Shown here: piece after piece, positions 7,566 through 16,013 of the stretch
Position numbering within the stretch: position 1 is the stretch's first letter
How the letters are laid out: every line of letters starts with the position of its first letter
Origin: Dehalococcoidia bacterium
Lineage (GTDB): Bacteria; Chloroflexota; Dehalococcoidia; GIF9; AB-539-J10
DNA length: 64,000 bases
Direction: 5' to 3'
Assembly (NCBI GenBank): GCA_046538235.1
Contig: JBKHJG010000006.1
Span: forward strand, 54,630 to 118,629
Program-made: the position numbers and the translations under genes
Notes under the pieces: model-generated
The model's database searches: none
What the model was told of the DNA's origin: nothing
The model's input: only the letters and a program-made list of their open reading frames with translations

Positions 7566-10166
7566 TTACTTCACGTCGTAGACTTTCAGGACTTCGTCGC
7601 CGTAGTGGTTGATGACCTTGATGGCGATCTTGCCAGTCTTGGGTGCGTCGAAGGGGCGGCTGATTGTGGAATAGAGGGATGACCAGGCAGCCTCGTCGAT
7701 TTCAGCGCGAAGCGCCCGCTTGAGCCTGTCATATGGTTCCTCGGCGCCGGTGAAGTAAGCGTGGCGGACAAAGAAGCTCTCCTCGTTGTAGTCGGTATCG
7801 ATGAACCAGCAGGCGATGTCATCAGTGGAGTTGCTGCGTATCTGTCCGGTGGTAGGGTCATAGACATCAAGGCCCTTGATGTCGACAAGTACCTTGCCGT
7901 CCTTCTGTTTCTTGATGTCCACGTCCGGCTCGCCGAAGACCATGAATAGGTTGCCTGCTCCGGTTGTCTTGAGCACCTCATCACCCATTGCCAAGTCAGG
8001 GTTCATGCGGGTAACGAGGATATTCAGCTTGCCGTAGCGTTTGGCTTCTTCTGAGACATGGGGGTCGAAGGCGAAGCCGCAGATGACCAGCAGGTCGAAA
8101 CCGACGCCTCTCACCGCTTCCTTGGCAGCCTCCTTCACCAGCGCCGGTCCGACTGTACCGTGTTCCGGGCCGATGCATACCGCCGCACGATGAGTGCTGC
8201 CGTCTTTCTCAGTATATTCGCCTTGAGCATGGAGCCATTCGCCGGCATAATGGTCAAGACGGTCGAACTTGAGGCGCTCGTTCTTGATGGTATTCTGCAC
8301 CCCTGCCTTTTTAAGGTTATCGAGAATCATAGCTTCAAACTGGCCGACGCCGGCCTCCTTCCGTGCTTCAATCTCCGCCGACGGCCTTTCCTCGGCGACT
8401 GCCATGACCCGGTGAGGTGAGACGCTTTCCACAGTGAAGGGACCGGTAACGCGGATGCGCCTATTGTCTTCATATGGCTGGTCATAGAGGGTTTCGGTCT
8501 CGGCATAGCGGGCGATGGCAGCATCGATCTCAGCGCGGGTCATGCCTTCCTTGATGTCGGGGTTGTTGGCGATGGACTTGAGGGTGATGTGAGGCACCCG
8601 CTTGTACACAAAGCCTTGCTTGATGTCGCCTGCGGTCCTGAAGTCAGGTGGCGTTCTGCCTGTAAGTTCGCTTTCTTTCTTGACGCCTTCGGGGGAATCG
8701 GCCAGCAGGTAGAAGGGGAATCTAGCCGCCATGAGGCGGGTTCGTGCCAGCGCCAGGGCCACTCTGCTGGTATCGATCGTTATCCAGCGCCGCCCCCACT
8801 GCTCCGCTACAAAGGCCGTGGTGCCGCTGCCGCAGGTGGGGTCAAGTACCAGGTCGCCAGGGTCGGTGGTCATGAGAAGACATCGGGCTATGACCTTCGA
8901 ATATGTCTGGACCACGTATATGTTTTCTGGCGCATATGTACTCTGAACAGTGTCATTCCATACATTCGTTATCGAAGTAACTGGGAAATCCGAAGCGTAC
9001 TTCTTGAAGCACAATGTCTGCCCAAGCGCCAATAGTCTATTTGCGGCTACGAGCCGTTGGAGGCCTTCAGCTGTCGTTTTCCAATGGTTCCCGGTTTTCG
9101 GTGCAAATTGCTTGCCTAGAAAGACGAATGGCTGGCTGCCAGTCTGACTTGCACCCTTCGACGTCAAATCGGAAGCGCGGAGAAAACTAAGTGTTCGGTT
9201 GTGATAGTCTCCCGGCTTTGCTTTCCTTACGAACTCGCCGTCTTCAACGAGGTCGAAGCTAGCAAGTTCCGTCCTACGTTCGGTTAGCTGCCTTACTTTG
9301 GTTATTGACCGATCCTTGCTATACCACAAGATGTAGTCATATATGTTAGGGACGAAATCAGTCTCTTGGTATACGGTCTTCTTGAATGTTATTAAACTGA
9401 TGAAATTCTCACGCCCGAACACTTCGTCCACCAAGCATCGTGCCAGGTGCACGTTCTCATCACCAATCTGGACAAAGATGCTACCTGTTTCAGTCAAGAG
9501 GTCACGGGCGACCACCAAACGGTCACGCAGGTAAGCGAGGTACGAATGGATACCCAGCTTCCAGGTATCGCGGAAGGCCTTTATCTGCTCTGGCTGGCGT
9601 GTGGCATCGACGGCAGCACCGTCTCTTACGTCCCGTTTGCGAGTGCTCACCTGCCAGTTGGAGCCAAATCTGATGCCATAGGGTGGGTCGATGTAGATCA
9701 TCTGCACCTTGCCCTTGAGCACTTCCTTCTCTGCCAGGGAAGTCATGACCAGCAGCGAGTCACCCAGAATCATGCGGTTCGTCCAGTTCTGTTCATGCTG
9801 GTAGAACTCCACCAGTTCCTCGAACTGAAGTCCGTCGAAATCGGCGAAGAAGTCTAACTGGGCGAGCTTTCCTTCGTTAGCCTGGGCGCGCAGGTCTTCG
9901 ATGATATGCTTGGGGTGAATCTTCTCCTGGATGTAGACCGGAACTGCCGGCACTTCCAGTGGTTTTGAGTCCTGCTCATCCTTGCCCTTCCAGACTAGCT
10001 GGGGGTCAAGTGAAGGGTCACGTGGGTAGAGGATAACCCTGGGTGTCCCTTCGTCCTCAGCCACGAAATCCCGCAGTTCTTTGGTCGGTATATTGGAACG
10101 CCGGTCCTTGTGCCGGAGTGTCTCGATATTGAAGGCCCGTGGGTTTCTCCCTGCTGCTGCGGACAT
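7566..10166 (-). CDS. Site-specific DNA methyltransferase, type III Mod-like, beta-class (N6-A or N4-C)
   Basis: Motif IV (QMIYIDPPYGIRFGSNW) precedes motif I (VLDPTCGSGTTAFVAEQWGRRWITIDTS). A ~350 aa C-terminal extension follows. Start chosen at ATG 10166 (GGAGG 10175-10171) rather than the track's TTG at 10178. Confidence 0.85.
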   Translation of the reverse strand: MSAAAGRNPRAFNIETLRHKDRRSNIPTKELRDFVAEDEGTPRVILYPRDPSLDPQLVWKGKDEQDSKPLEVPAVPVYIQEKIHPKHIIEDLRAQANEGKLAQLDFFADFDGLQFEELVEFYQHEQNWTNRMILGDSLLVMTSLAEKEVLKGKVQMIYIDPPYGIRFGSNWQVSTRKRDVRDGAAVDATRQPEQIKAFRDTWKLGIHSYLAYLRDRLVVARDLLTETGSIFVQIGDENVHLARCLVDEVFGRENFISLITFKKTVYQETDFVPNIYDYILWYSKDRSITKVRQLTERRTELASFDLVEDGEFVRKAKPGDYHNRTLSFLRASDLTSKGASQTGSQPFVFLGKQFAPKTGNHWKTTAEGLQRLVAANRLLALGQTLCFKKYASDFPVTSITNVWNDTVQSTYAPENIYVVQTYSKVIARCLLMTTDPGDLVLDPTCGSGTTAFVAEQWGRRWITIDTSRVALALARTRLMAARFPFYLLADSPEGVKKESELTGRTPPDFRTAGDIKQGFVYKRVPHITLKSIANNPDIKEGMTRAEIDAAIARYAETETLYDQPYEDNRRIRVTGPFTVESVSPHRVMAVAEERPSAEIEARKEAGVGQFEAMILDNLKKAGVQNTIKNERLKFDRLDHYAGEWLHAQGEYTEKDGSTHRAAVCIGPEHGTVGPALVKEAAKEAVRGVGFDLLVICGFAFDPHVSEEAKRYGKLNILVTRMNPDLAMGDEVLKTTGAGNLFMVFGEPDVDIKKQKDGKVLVDIKGLDVYDPTTGQIRSNSTDDIACWFIDTDYNEESFFVRHAYFTGAEEPYDRLKRALRAEIDEAAWSSLYSTISRPFDAPKTGKIAIKVINHYGDEVLKVYDVK

Positions 10167-10178
10167 ATTAGCCTCCAA

Positions 10179-10919
10179 TCAATTCGCTGCTAATGTGAGA
10201 GCCAAGCGGGTGCCAGAGGGCACTTCATCCCACGTCCTACCGTCGAGCAGTCGCCCGGCCTCCTTCTTTCTGACTCCGCCCCACTGCTTGAAGAAGAAGG
10301 GCACCACTGCCTGCTGACACTGGTCTCGAATATCGATTACCCAACTTCTATCCATAGGCCGGGCCATAGGGCCTGATTCTCCGCCGACGATTACCCAGTC
10401 TATGCCAGAAAGGTCAAGGTTCGGTAACGGCCCCAAGAGAGGCTCCAGAGACAGAAACTTGAGTGGCGCGCCGGTTGACCGCAGGTGTTGAATGCGAAGC
10501 GCGTACTGGGGATTTTCAACGCTCACACCCATCCACACATTCTCTGGCCATGACAGCTCGACGCTCAACTCGGCCAGCCGCTGAGACCGCTTGGTAAGTA
10601 TCTGGAAATCATGCCATGCGGCTCGCCTCATCACATCAAACACGTCTCGTATGAACGACAGAGGCACGTCCTCGTGGAACAGATCGCCCATGGAGTTCAC
10701 GAAAATGGTTTGTGGTTTCTTCCACTTGAGTGGTAGGTCGAGTAGCTCGGAGTGCGTGGTCAGGTTGAACCCGTATATGTAGTTGGGGTGCTTCATAGCC
10801 TGCAGGCGCAGCGCCATCCGCTCCGCATAGCAATGCTTACACCCCGGGCTGACCTTCGTGCAGCCTGTAACCGGATTCCAGGTGGATTTTGTCCATTCAA
10901 TGGAGGATTTGGCTGCCAT
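10179..10919 (-). CDS. Phage Gp37/Gp68-family protein (DUF5131)
   Basis: [30 protein letters not shown] (Cys-x7-Cys-x2-Cys) and ...ILTKR...GVSVE...[10 protein letters not shown]...FFFKQWG follow the pattern I associate with PF07505/DUF5131. Its ATG overlaps the upstream TAA (TAATG at 10921-10917). Confidence 0.8.
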   Translation of the reverse strand: MAAKSSIEWTKSTWNPVTGCTKVSPGCKHCYAERMALRLQAMKHPNYIYGFNLTTHSELLDLPLKWKKPQTIFVNSMGDLFHEDVPLSFIRDVFDVMRRAAWHDFQILTKRSQRLAELSVELSWPENVWMGVSVENPQYALRIQHLRSTGAPLKFLSLEPLLGPLPNLDLSGIDWVIVGGESGPMARPMDRSWVIDIRDQCQQAVVPFFFKQWGGVRKKEAGRLLDGRTWDEVPSGTRLALTLAAN

Positions 10920-11755
10920 TAACCAATCCCCTTGCTGCGCGCGGTGTTGAATATATCCTCGACTATGCGGGCACCGGTCTCATTCGGAGAGGCGAAGAAC
11001 AGATAGTATATCACCGCCCGTCTTACATTTGCCATCGGTGCTGGCTTTGGCACATACTTGAATCCAGCAACGTTTTCCAGACGCTTGCGGAATGCCTCTG
11101 CAATCGCTTCGTTACGTGTCTTTTCTCCGACTGTGTCGCCCCACAGAGTTGGTCTTTCGGCATACGCTGCTTCCGCCCACGAATGGTCTCCCCACACTCT
11201 GTCCATGCGCTTCGCTTGGCTGGCAGGCACACTGCCTGGCTTGTGCCACAGGACATTTCTGTTGGCATCCATAATCATGAAGCTATAGAAGACCTCGACC
11301 GAGCCCATCTCGCCGGCTACCTGGAGGACGCGCCAGTCGACATTCAGCCCGTAAGGGTCGAGAAGGCACAAGGCCCGGTTGAAGTCCTGGTATCGACACC
11401 GAGGAAAGACTTCGTTTAGAAGAACCTCGTTCGCGTCAGCCTCGTAGATAAAAACGTCGTGTCGGGACCCGGTCCAGCGCCGGAGCTCGGCAAGCTTGTC
11501 ACCATCGAGGTCAATCAGATGGATCTCGCTGAAATGAGGTGTCACTTCCAGCGCGTTCAACGGACTGCCAGGCACGAATTCGCCTGTGCGCCTTGCGATG
11601 TGCCTTCCCGCCCCTGCAAACGCATCAACGTAGATATGCTTCTTGATAGCAGGCTGGACAGTCATAATCGTTGAGTAGGCGGTTGCATACTTCCGCACAA
11701 TATGGAGTTTGATCTCAGACCAGTAGCCTATCTCATCGTAGGGGAAGGGCTTCAT
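10919..11755 (-). CDS. TcmP-like (three-Cys-motif partner protein family) with a SAM-methyltransferase-like motif
   Basis: [25 protein letters not shown]...[11 protein letters not shown]...LLDPYG resembles the remembered TcmP pattern (W..KL..L..Y...Y..I....Y.DAFAG.G). The family is described as the partner of Gp37/Gp68-like proteins, which is exactly the neighbour here. Confidence 0.65.
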   Translation of the reverse strand: MKPFPYDEIGYWSEIKLHIVRKYATAYSTIMTVQPAIKKHIYVDAFAGAGRHIARRTGEFVPGSPLNALEVTPHFSEIHLIDLDGDKLAELRRWTGSRHDVFIYEADANEVLLNEVFPRCRYQDFNRALCLLDPYGLNVDWRVLQVAGEMGSVEVFYSFMIMDANRNVLWHKPGSVPASQAKRMDRVWGDHSWAEAAYAERPTLWGDTVGEKTRNEAIAEAFRKRLENVAGFKYVPKPAPMANVRRAVIYYLFFASPNETGARIVEDIFNTARSKGIG

Positions 11756-11763
11756 TGTGCGAT

Positions 11764-14739
11764 CTACCTTTGTCGAGCAAACGCGCGGATGGTGTTCTTA
11801 GCATCCCAGGGGTCGGCTATCTCCAGGAATGCCCACCTGCCAAAGCCGCCATGGTTATTCACTGCCGGAATCCAGAGGTTGCGGGCGGCCGATACCTTGG
11901 CAGCTTTGTCCTTCCTCCTCTCGCCGGTGACTTCAATTATCAGGTTTAGCAGGTCTTCCTCGCCATCATTCAAGCGGACTATGAAGTCGGGCATGTAGTT
12001 CCTGTCATCGCCTTCAAAGGTGTACGGTATGGTGAAGCCCAGGTTGTGGTTCTTGACGTAGCAGACGACTTCGTCCATCTCCTCCAAAGCCTGGGCCATT
12101 TTCTGTTCCCATGACTCGGTGTCAGCGACGACGTGGGAGACATGGCATTTGTTGGGGTCGGTGGGGTAAACCGGACGTGTCGTATCGAAGTCCACATATT
12201 GAGTAGAGCCGGTGTATTCGTAGGGTCGCAGGATAGGCTTGAGGTGTTTGGGCCCATCCTGAGAGGCAATAATAGAGCCGTAGATACGGTCGGCGGCACC
12301 ATGGGCGAGGTCTAGGAGCAGCAGCATCTGCGGGAAAGCGTTGTCTTTCAGAATTACGCACTCACGAAGCCACTGCCTGGCGATGCCCGCTAACTGCGGG
12401 AATAACCAAGGTTTACCATTGCCTTCACCGTCACGGAAATACTTATCGAGAGCCAATTTGGCAAGACGGAAGGCGACTTCCTGCTCCCTACGGCTCCTGA
12501 GGCTGTACAGGGTATGCAGGCTGGGCTCCCCCACAATAGGGGCGCTCTCCGTCTTGGTGGGGATATCCGACGTGGAGAGAGGCATCTTAGAATCCTCGGT
12601 GAAGCTGGCGGTGAGTCTTTCCTTCGGCAAGTCATGGCGATAGCCAATTAGGCGAGGAAAGGTAATCTCGCAGCCAATGCGCTCCTCCAGGGCCCGCACC
12701 CTGGTGGGTATGGGCCCTGGCTTTGGCTCGGTAGCCGATCCCGAGCAGGGGATGAATGAGAACGGCACACCATAGACTTCGGCGTACTGCGGGTCAAAGA
12801 AGCCGTCTTCATTGGGGACGTAGCCCACACGGCGAAGCCCACGTCCCACCACCTGCTCACATAGAAGCTGGGTGCCGAAAGCGCGCACTCCCATGATATG
12901 TGTCACCGTGTTCGCATCCCATCCCTCCGTCAGCATGGAGACGGAAACCACGCACTTAACATTTTCCCCCAGCTTTCCCTGCTTGCCTACTGTGTTCATG
13001 ACCTCGCGTAAGAGGTCTTCATCAGTCAGCTTTTCTGCGTCACGCCCTGGGAAACGGATGGAGTATTCCCTCTTGAACTCCTCGATTGCCAGGGCAGCCA
13101 TCCTCTTGAACTCCCTGCTCATGGCTTCGCCCGATTCAAGCTGCTCGCTGTCAATGAGAATGGTGTTGGGTGCCGAGAGCAAGTTGCCGGCATCATCAGA
13201 ATTGCGGAAAATGGGCAGATTACCGGGCACGATGGCGGTCGAACCGTCAGGCGATTCCTTCTCCCAGCCAGAAATCCAGTCATAGACGAGCTTGGACACA
13301 TTGGTGTTGTTGCAGACGACGATGAACACCGGAGGTGTGAGTCCCCTTGCCCGGGCTTCGGTGTTCTTTTCCCACTGGCGATAGTATTTCTCGTAGTTCC
13401 CATAGAGGCTGTAGAGGGCGCCTTCCAGCTCCTTGGGGAGTTTCGGCTCGCCGCCACTTTCGTCCCTGGTACCGCGACCCTTCCTGGGTAAGTGATCCCT
13501 GACATGAATCCAGATATTGCGATACGTGGGGAGTTCGCCGCGCATCGAATCATCGGCAACGGGTACGCGCGGCACCTTAACGATTCCGCACTCGATGGCA
13601 TCAATGAGTGAGAAATCCGAGACGACCCAGGGGAATAATGTCGCTTCGGGATAACCTGAGCCGCGCAGGAAGAACGGAGTGGCGGAGAGGTCGTATATGG
13701 CTTTTGTGCCAATCTTCCTTTTCGCCGCTTCCAGGCCGGATATTCAGACCCGAGCCTCCTCTTCTCGCTTTTCAGCCTCTTTCCGCTCGTCACCAACCAG
13801 CTTGACATCTTCACCGGCGGCACGGCGGCGGTAGCAGTGGTGGGCTTCATCATTTATGACAATGATGTTTCTCTTGTTCCCCAGCTCACGGCAAACGCGC
13901 CGCACCATCTGGTCAGGAGTTTCTGTGAGCGAGCTGCCGTGGCCTCTCGTCAGGATGTCCTTGGTGAGCTTGCCGGCGCTCGCCAGTTCACGAGGCTTGA
14001 AGGCGTGGAAGTTGGTGATGATGATTTTCGCCTTGCCGAGGTCTTCCATCCATTCAGGCGGCAGTACATCCCTCTGGCGATAGTAGTTTTGGGGGTCATT
14101 GGGCAGCAGGACACGCAGCCGGTCCCGTATCGTGATTCCCGGTGTAACAATGAGAAAAGCATCCGAGAAGCGGGCATCCTGGGGATTAGCCTGCTTGTTC
14201 AGTACATGCCAGGCAATAAGCATGGCCATGACAACGGTCTTGCCGCTTCCCGTGGCCATCTTAAAGGCAATGCGATAAAGCTCCGGATTTGCATCGTCAT
14301 TTGCCTGTCTGAGGCTGTTTTCAATCCAGGAATCGCCGTACTTGTTGGCCACCTCGGTCAGGTAGATGGCTGTTTCTACAGCTTCAATCTGACAGAAGAA
14401 CAGCCTTCTTTCTCGCTCGGGATCGGTCCAGTATTCCAGGAGGCGGCGGGTGACCCTGGTGATACCTTCGTAGTTGCCCTTCCGCCACTGCGAGACTCTG
14501 CCACGGATACGGTTAATGAAAGCATTCTCTTCGATTCGGTCTTTGGTCCATTCTGTGTCAAATGCCAGTTGTGGAACCTTGCCCTTCTTCTTGGGTTTGG
14601 CGATGGGGATGAAATAGGAGCTTTCCCGACGGGCTTGCACGATTTCGTCGGTAATGCCTTCGTCGGAGAAGCGGAAGTGGCGTGTCGGCTCCTCGAAGGG
14701 TGAGTTAAGGATAGGATTCTCGATTACAACAGGCGGCAT
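11764..14739 (-). pseudogene. Type III-like restriction enzyme Res subunit (SF2 helicase-nuclease). A single ~991-codon frame is interrupted by one in-frame TGA at 13746-13744.
   Basis: Track ORFs 13744-14739 (Walker A KMATGSGKT, motif II NDEAHH) and 11764-13575 are in the same frame. The 168 nt between them translates without stops as ISGLEAAKRKIGTKAIYDLSATPFFLRGSGYPEATLFPWVVSDFSLIDAIECGIVKVPRVP, which contains helicase motif III (SATP). RBS AGGAGG lies before ATG 14739. Confidence 0.8.
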
Positions 14740-14799
14740 TCGTCCTATCTCACCTCCTGCGTGAGCACGATCCAGTGCAGCATGCGTCCGTGTAAGCCT

Positions 14800-14828
14800 A
14801 TGTTACTATTTCACAGGCAGCCAGTCAA
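14800..14828 (-). promoter_or_regulatory. Candidate sigma70-type promoter for the res-tcmP-DUF5131-mod operon
   Basis: Minus strand TTGACT (14828-14823), 17 nt spacer, TAACAT (14805-14800), about 60 nt upstream of the res ATG. Confidence 0.35.
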
Positions 14829-14887
14829 CTCCAGCCAAGCGGAGTCGGGAGTTCGCGGCGCGGGAGGGCTTGGGGCGGGCACGCTGG

Positions 14888-15060
14888 GGTGATTTGATGG
14901 GGGTGGAGGTGTCGTTAGAATCAGCGAGAGTTGAGACAGCGGCAGGCCTGCCAGTGCTGACGGGCGTGGCCGGGGCCTGGTGTGAGGTAATTCGAACTTC
15001 GAGGAGTACGGCTCCGCGCGGGAAATCGGAGGAAGGTAATGTGAACTATATCTGTTCTTT
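14888..15060 (+). repeat. Copy 1 of the duplicated ppdK promoter, leader and first codons
   Basis: Aligns with 16014-16189. It contains TTGATG-16 nt-TAGAAT (14894-14921), a 46-nt block (14941-14986) differing at 2 positions from 16069-16114, and GGAAGGTAATGTGAACTATATCTGTTCTTT versus GGAAGGTAATGTGAACTATATCTATTCTTT. Confidence 0.7.
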
Positions 15061-15156
15061 CCGGGACAGGTGCTGCTTTCCAAGCCGGGGCCCCTCAATC
15101 CAGGGAGCGGAGCTCGCTCTTAACGGCCTGTCGAGTTTCCGGGAGCACCTTAGATC

Positions 15157-15441
15157 TCAGGAGTGCCGTCTGGGGCGGAGGTTAATCTCGAATTCCGCAT
15201 CAAGCGCATCGGCCACTCTTCGGACTGTGGACAAGGACGGCAGCCTGCTGCCGCTTTCCAGCCTGGCTATGCTTTCTTGCTTGGTATGCAGCAGCGTCGC
15301 CAGTTGCGCCTGGGTAAGGCCTCTTGCCAGGCGCAGGCGCATCAGATCTGAGGCCAGCCTGTATTCGGGGCCAAGTGCCTCATACTCTTTCCTGAATTCA
15401 GGGTCCTTCATAAGCTGCTTCTTGTGTTCTCTCCAGTTCAT
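15157..15441 (-). CDS. XRE-family HTH protein, HigA-like antitoxin
   Basis: LRLARGLTQAQLATLLHTKQESIARLESGSRLPSLSTVRRVADAL is a classical Cro/C1-type HTH. AGGAGG precedes the ATG at 15441. Confidence 0.75.
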   Translation of the reverse strand: MNWREHKKQLMKDPEFRKEYEALGPEYRLASDLMRLRLARGLTQAQLATLLHTKQESIARLESGSRLPSLSTVRRVADALDAEFEINLRPRRHS

Positions 15442-15446
15442 ATATC

Positions 15447-15575
15447 CTACCTCCTAAATAGATAATCATGTCGCCGGCGCTCTGCTATCTCCATTTCGGA
15501 CCGCGGTACCGGACCGGCCTTCTTCGTGGTGAATCGGTGCAGTATAACAATATTGTTATATTCTGTCAACAGGGG
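15447..15575 (-). pseudogene. 5'-truncated HigB / phage Gp49-like toxin remnant (last ~40 codons only)
   Basis: The minus strand reads ...LLTEYNNIVILHRFTTKKAGPVPRSEMEIAERRRHDYLFRR, stop at 15449-15447. This matches the C-terminal consensus of Gp49-like HigB toxins (IVLLHGF.KKTQKTP..EIE.A..R..DY). There is no start codon, and a stop lies upstream at 15587-15585. Confidence 0.6.
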
Positions 15576-15659
15576 AGTTGATTCCTATTTCCGCCGAATT
15601 GGAGGCGCGTTTGCCCTGCCCCGGGAATCATTGCTGCGCGTCAGCAGGCGATGACAGGA

Positions 15660-15983
15660 GCACTGGGGGCATAGCCCCCAGACCCCCTGTGGGGGCACGT
15701 ACGCTCTGGTTCATAACTCCCCTGGCCCCTCTGAGCTTAAGAGGGGAAGTGGGTGGATAGGGGGCACGAGGCTAAAGTGCCGATTTGATCGAGCACCCTC
15801 GATGGAGTCGGGGCCTCGGGCTGTGTTCATAACTCCCCTGACCCCTCTTAGCTTAAGAGGGGAAGTGTGTGCGTGAGGAGGCACTACAGAGGCACTGGGG
15901 GCATGGCCCCCAGACCCCCTGTGGGGGCACGTACGCTCTGGTTCATAACTCCCCTGACCCCTCTTACCTTAAGAGGGGAAGTG
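15660..15983. repeat. REP/MITE-like hairpin-rich repeat cluster: two ~92-nt units and one 43-nt partial unit
   Basis: Units at 15660-15751 and 15892-15983 are near-identical (GCACTGGGGGCAT[A/G]GCCCCCAGACCCCCTGTGGGGGCACGTACGCTCTGGTTCATAACTCCCCTG.CCCCTCT.A.CTTAAGAGGGGAAGTG). The 3' 43 nt recurs at 15825-15867. Each unit has internal stem-loops (GGGGGCAT.GCCCCC; CCCCTCTTA-GC-TTAAGAGGGG). Confidence 0.75.
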
Positions 15984-16013
15984 AGTGCATGGGGAGGCAC
16001 TCGTGATCGGGGT

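Noticed and set aside
13744-13746. The in-frame TGA in res as programmed recoding (Trp/Gly reassignment or selenocysteine)
   Set aside because: TGA clearly functions as a stop for other genes in the window, for example the NTase at 5417-5419, DUF5131 at 10179-10181 and the DUF3096-like ORF at 4831-4833. I see no SECIS-like hairpin immediately downstream. A nonsense mutation or sequencing error is more parsimonious.
14870-15457. 195-aa + strand ORF beginning in the duplicated ppdK leader
   Set aside because: Only its first codons after GTG 15041 derive from ppdK. The rest is antisense to the well-supported XRE gene. I treat it as read-through of a duplicated start, not as a protein-coding gene.
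15660-15983. Possible CRISPR array, because of repeated units with palindromic cores
   Set aside because: There are only two full units and one partial one. The units are ~92 nt rather than 24-48 nt, spacing is irregular, no cas genes are nearby, and the units are internally multi-hairpin. This fits REP/MITE-like elements better.
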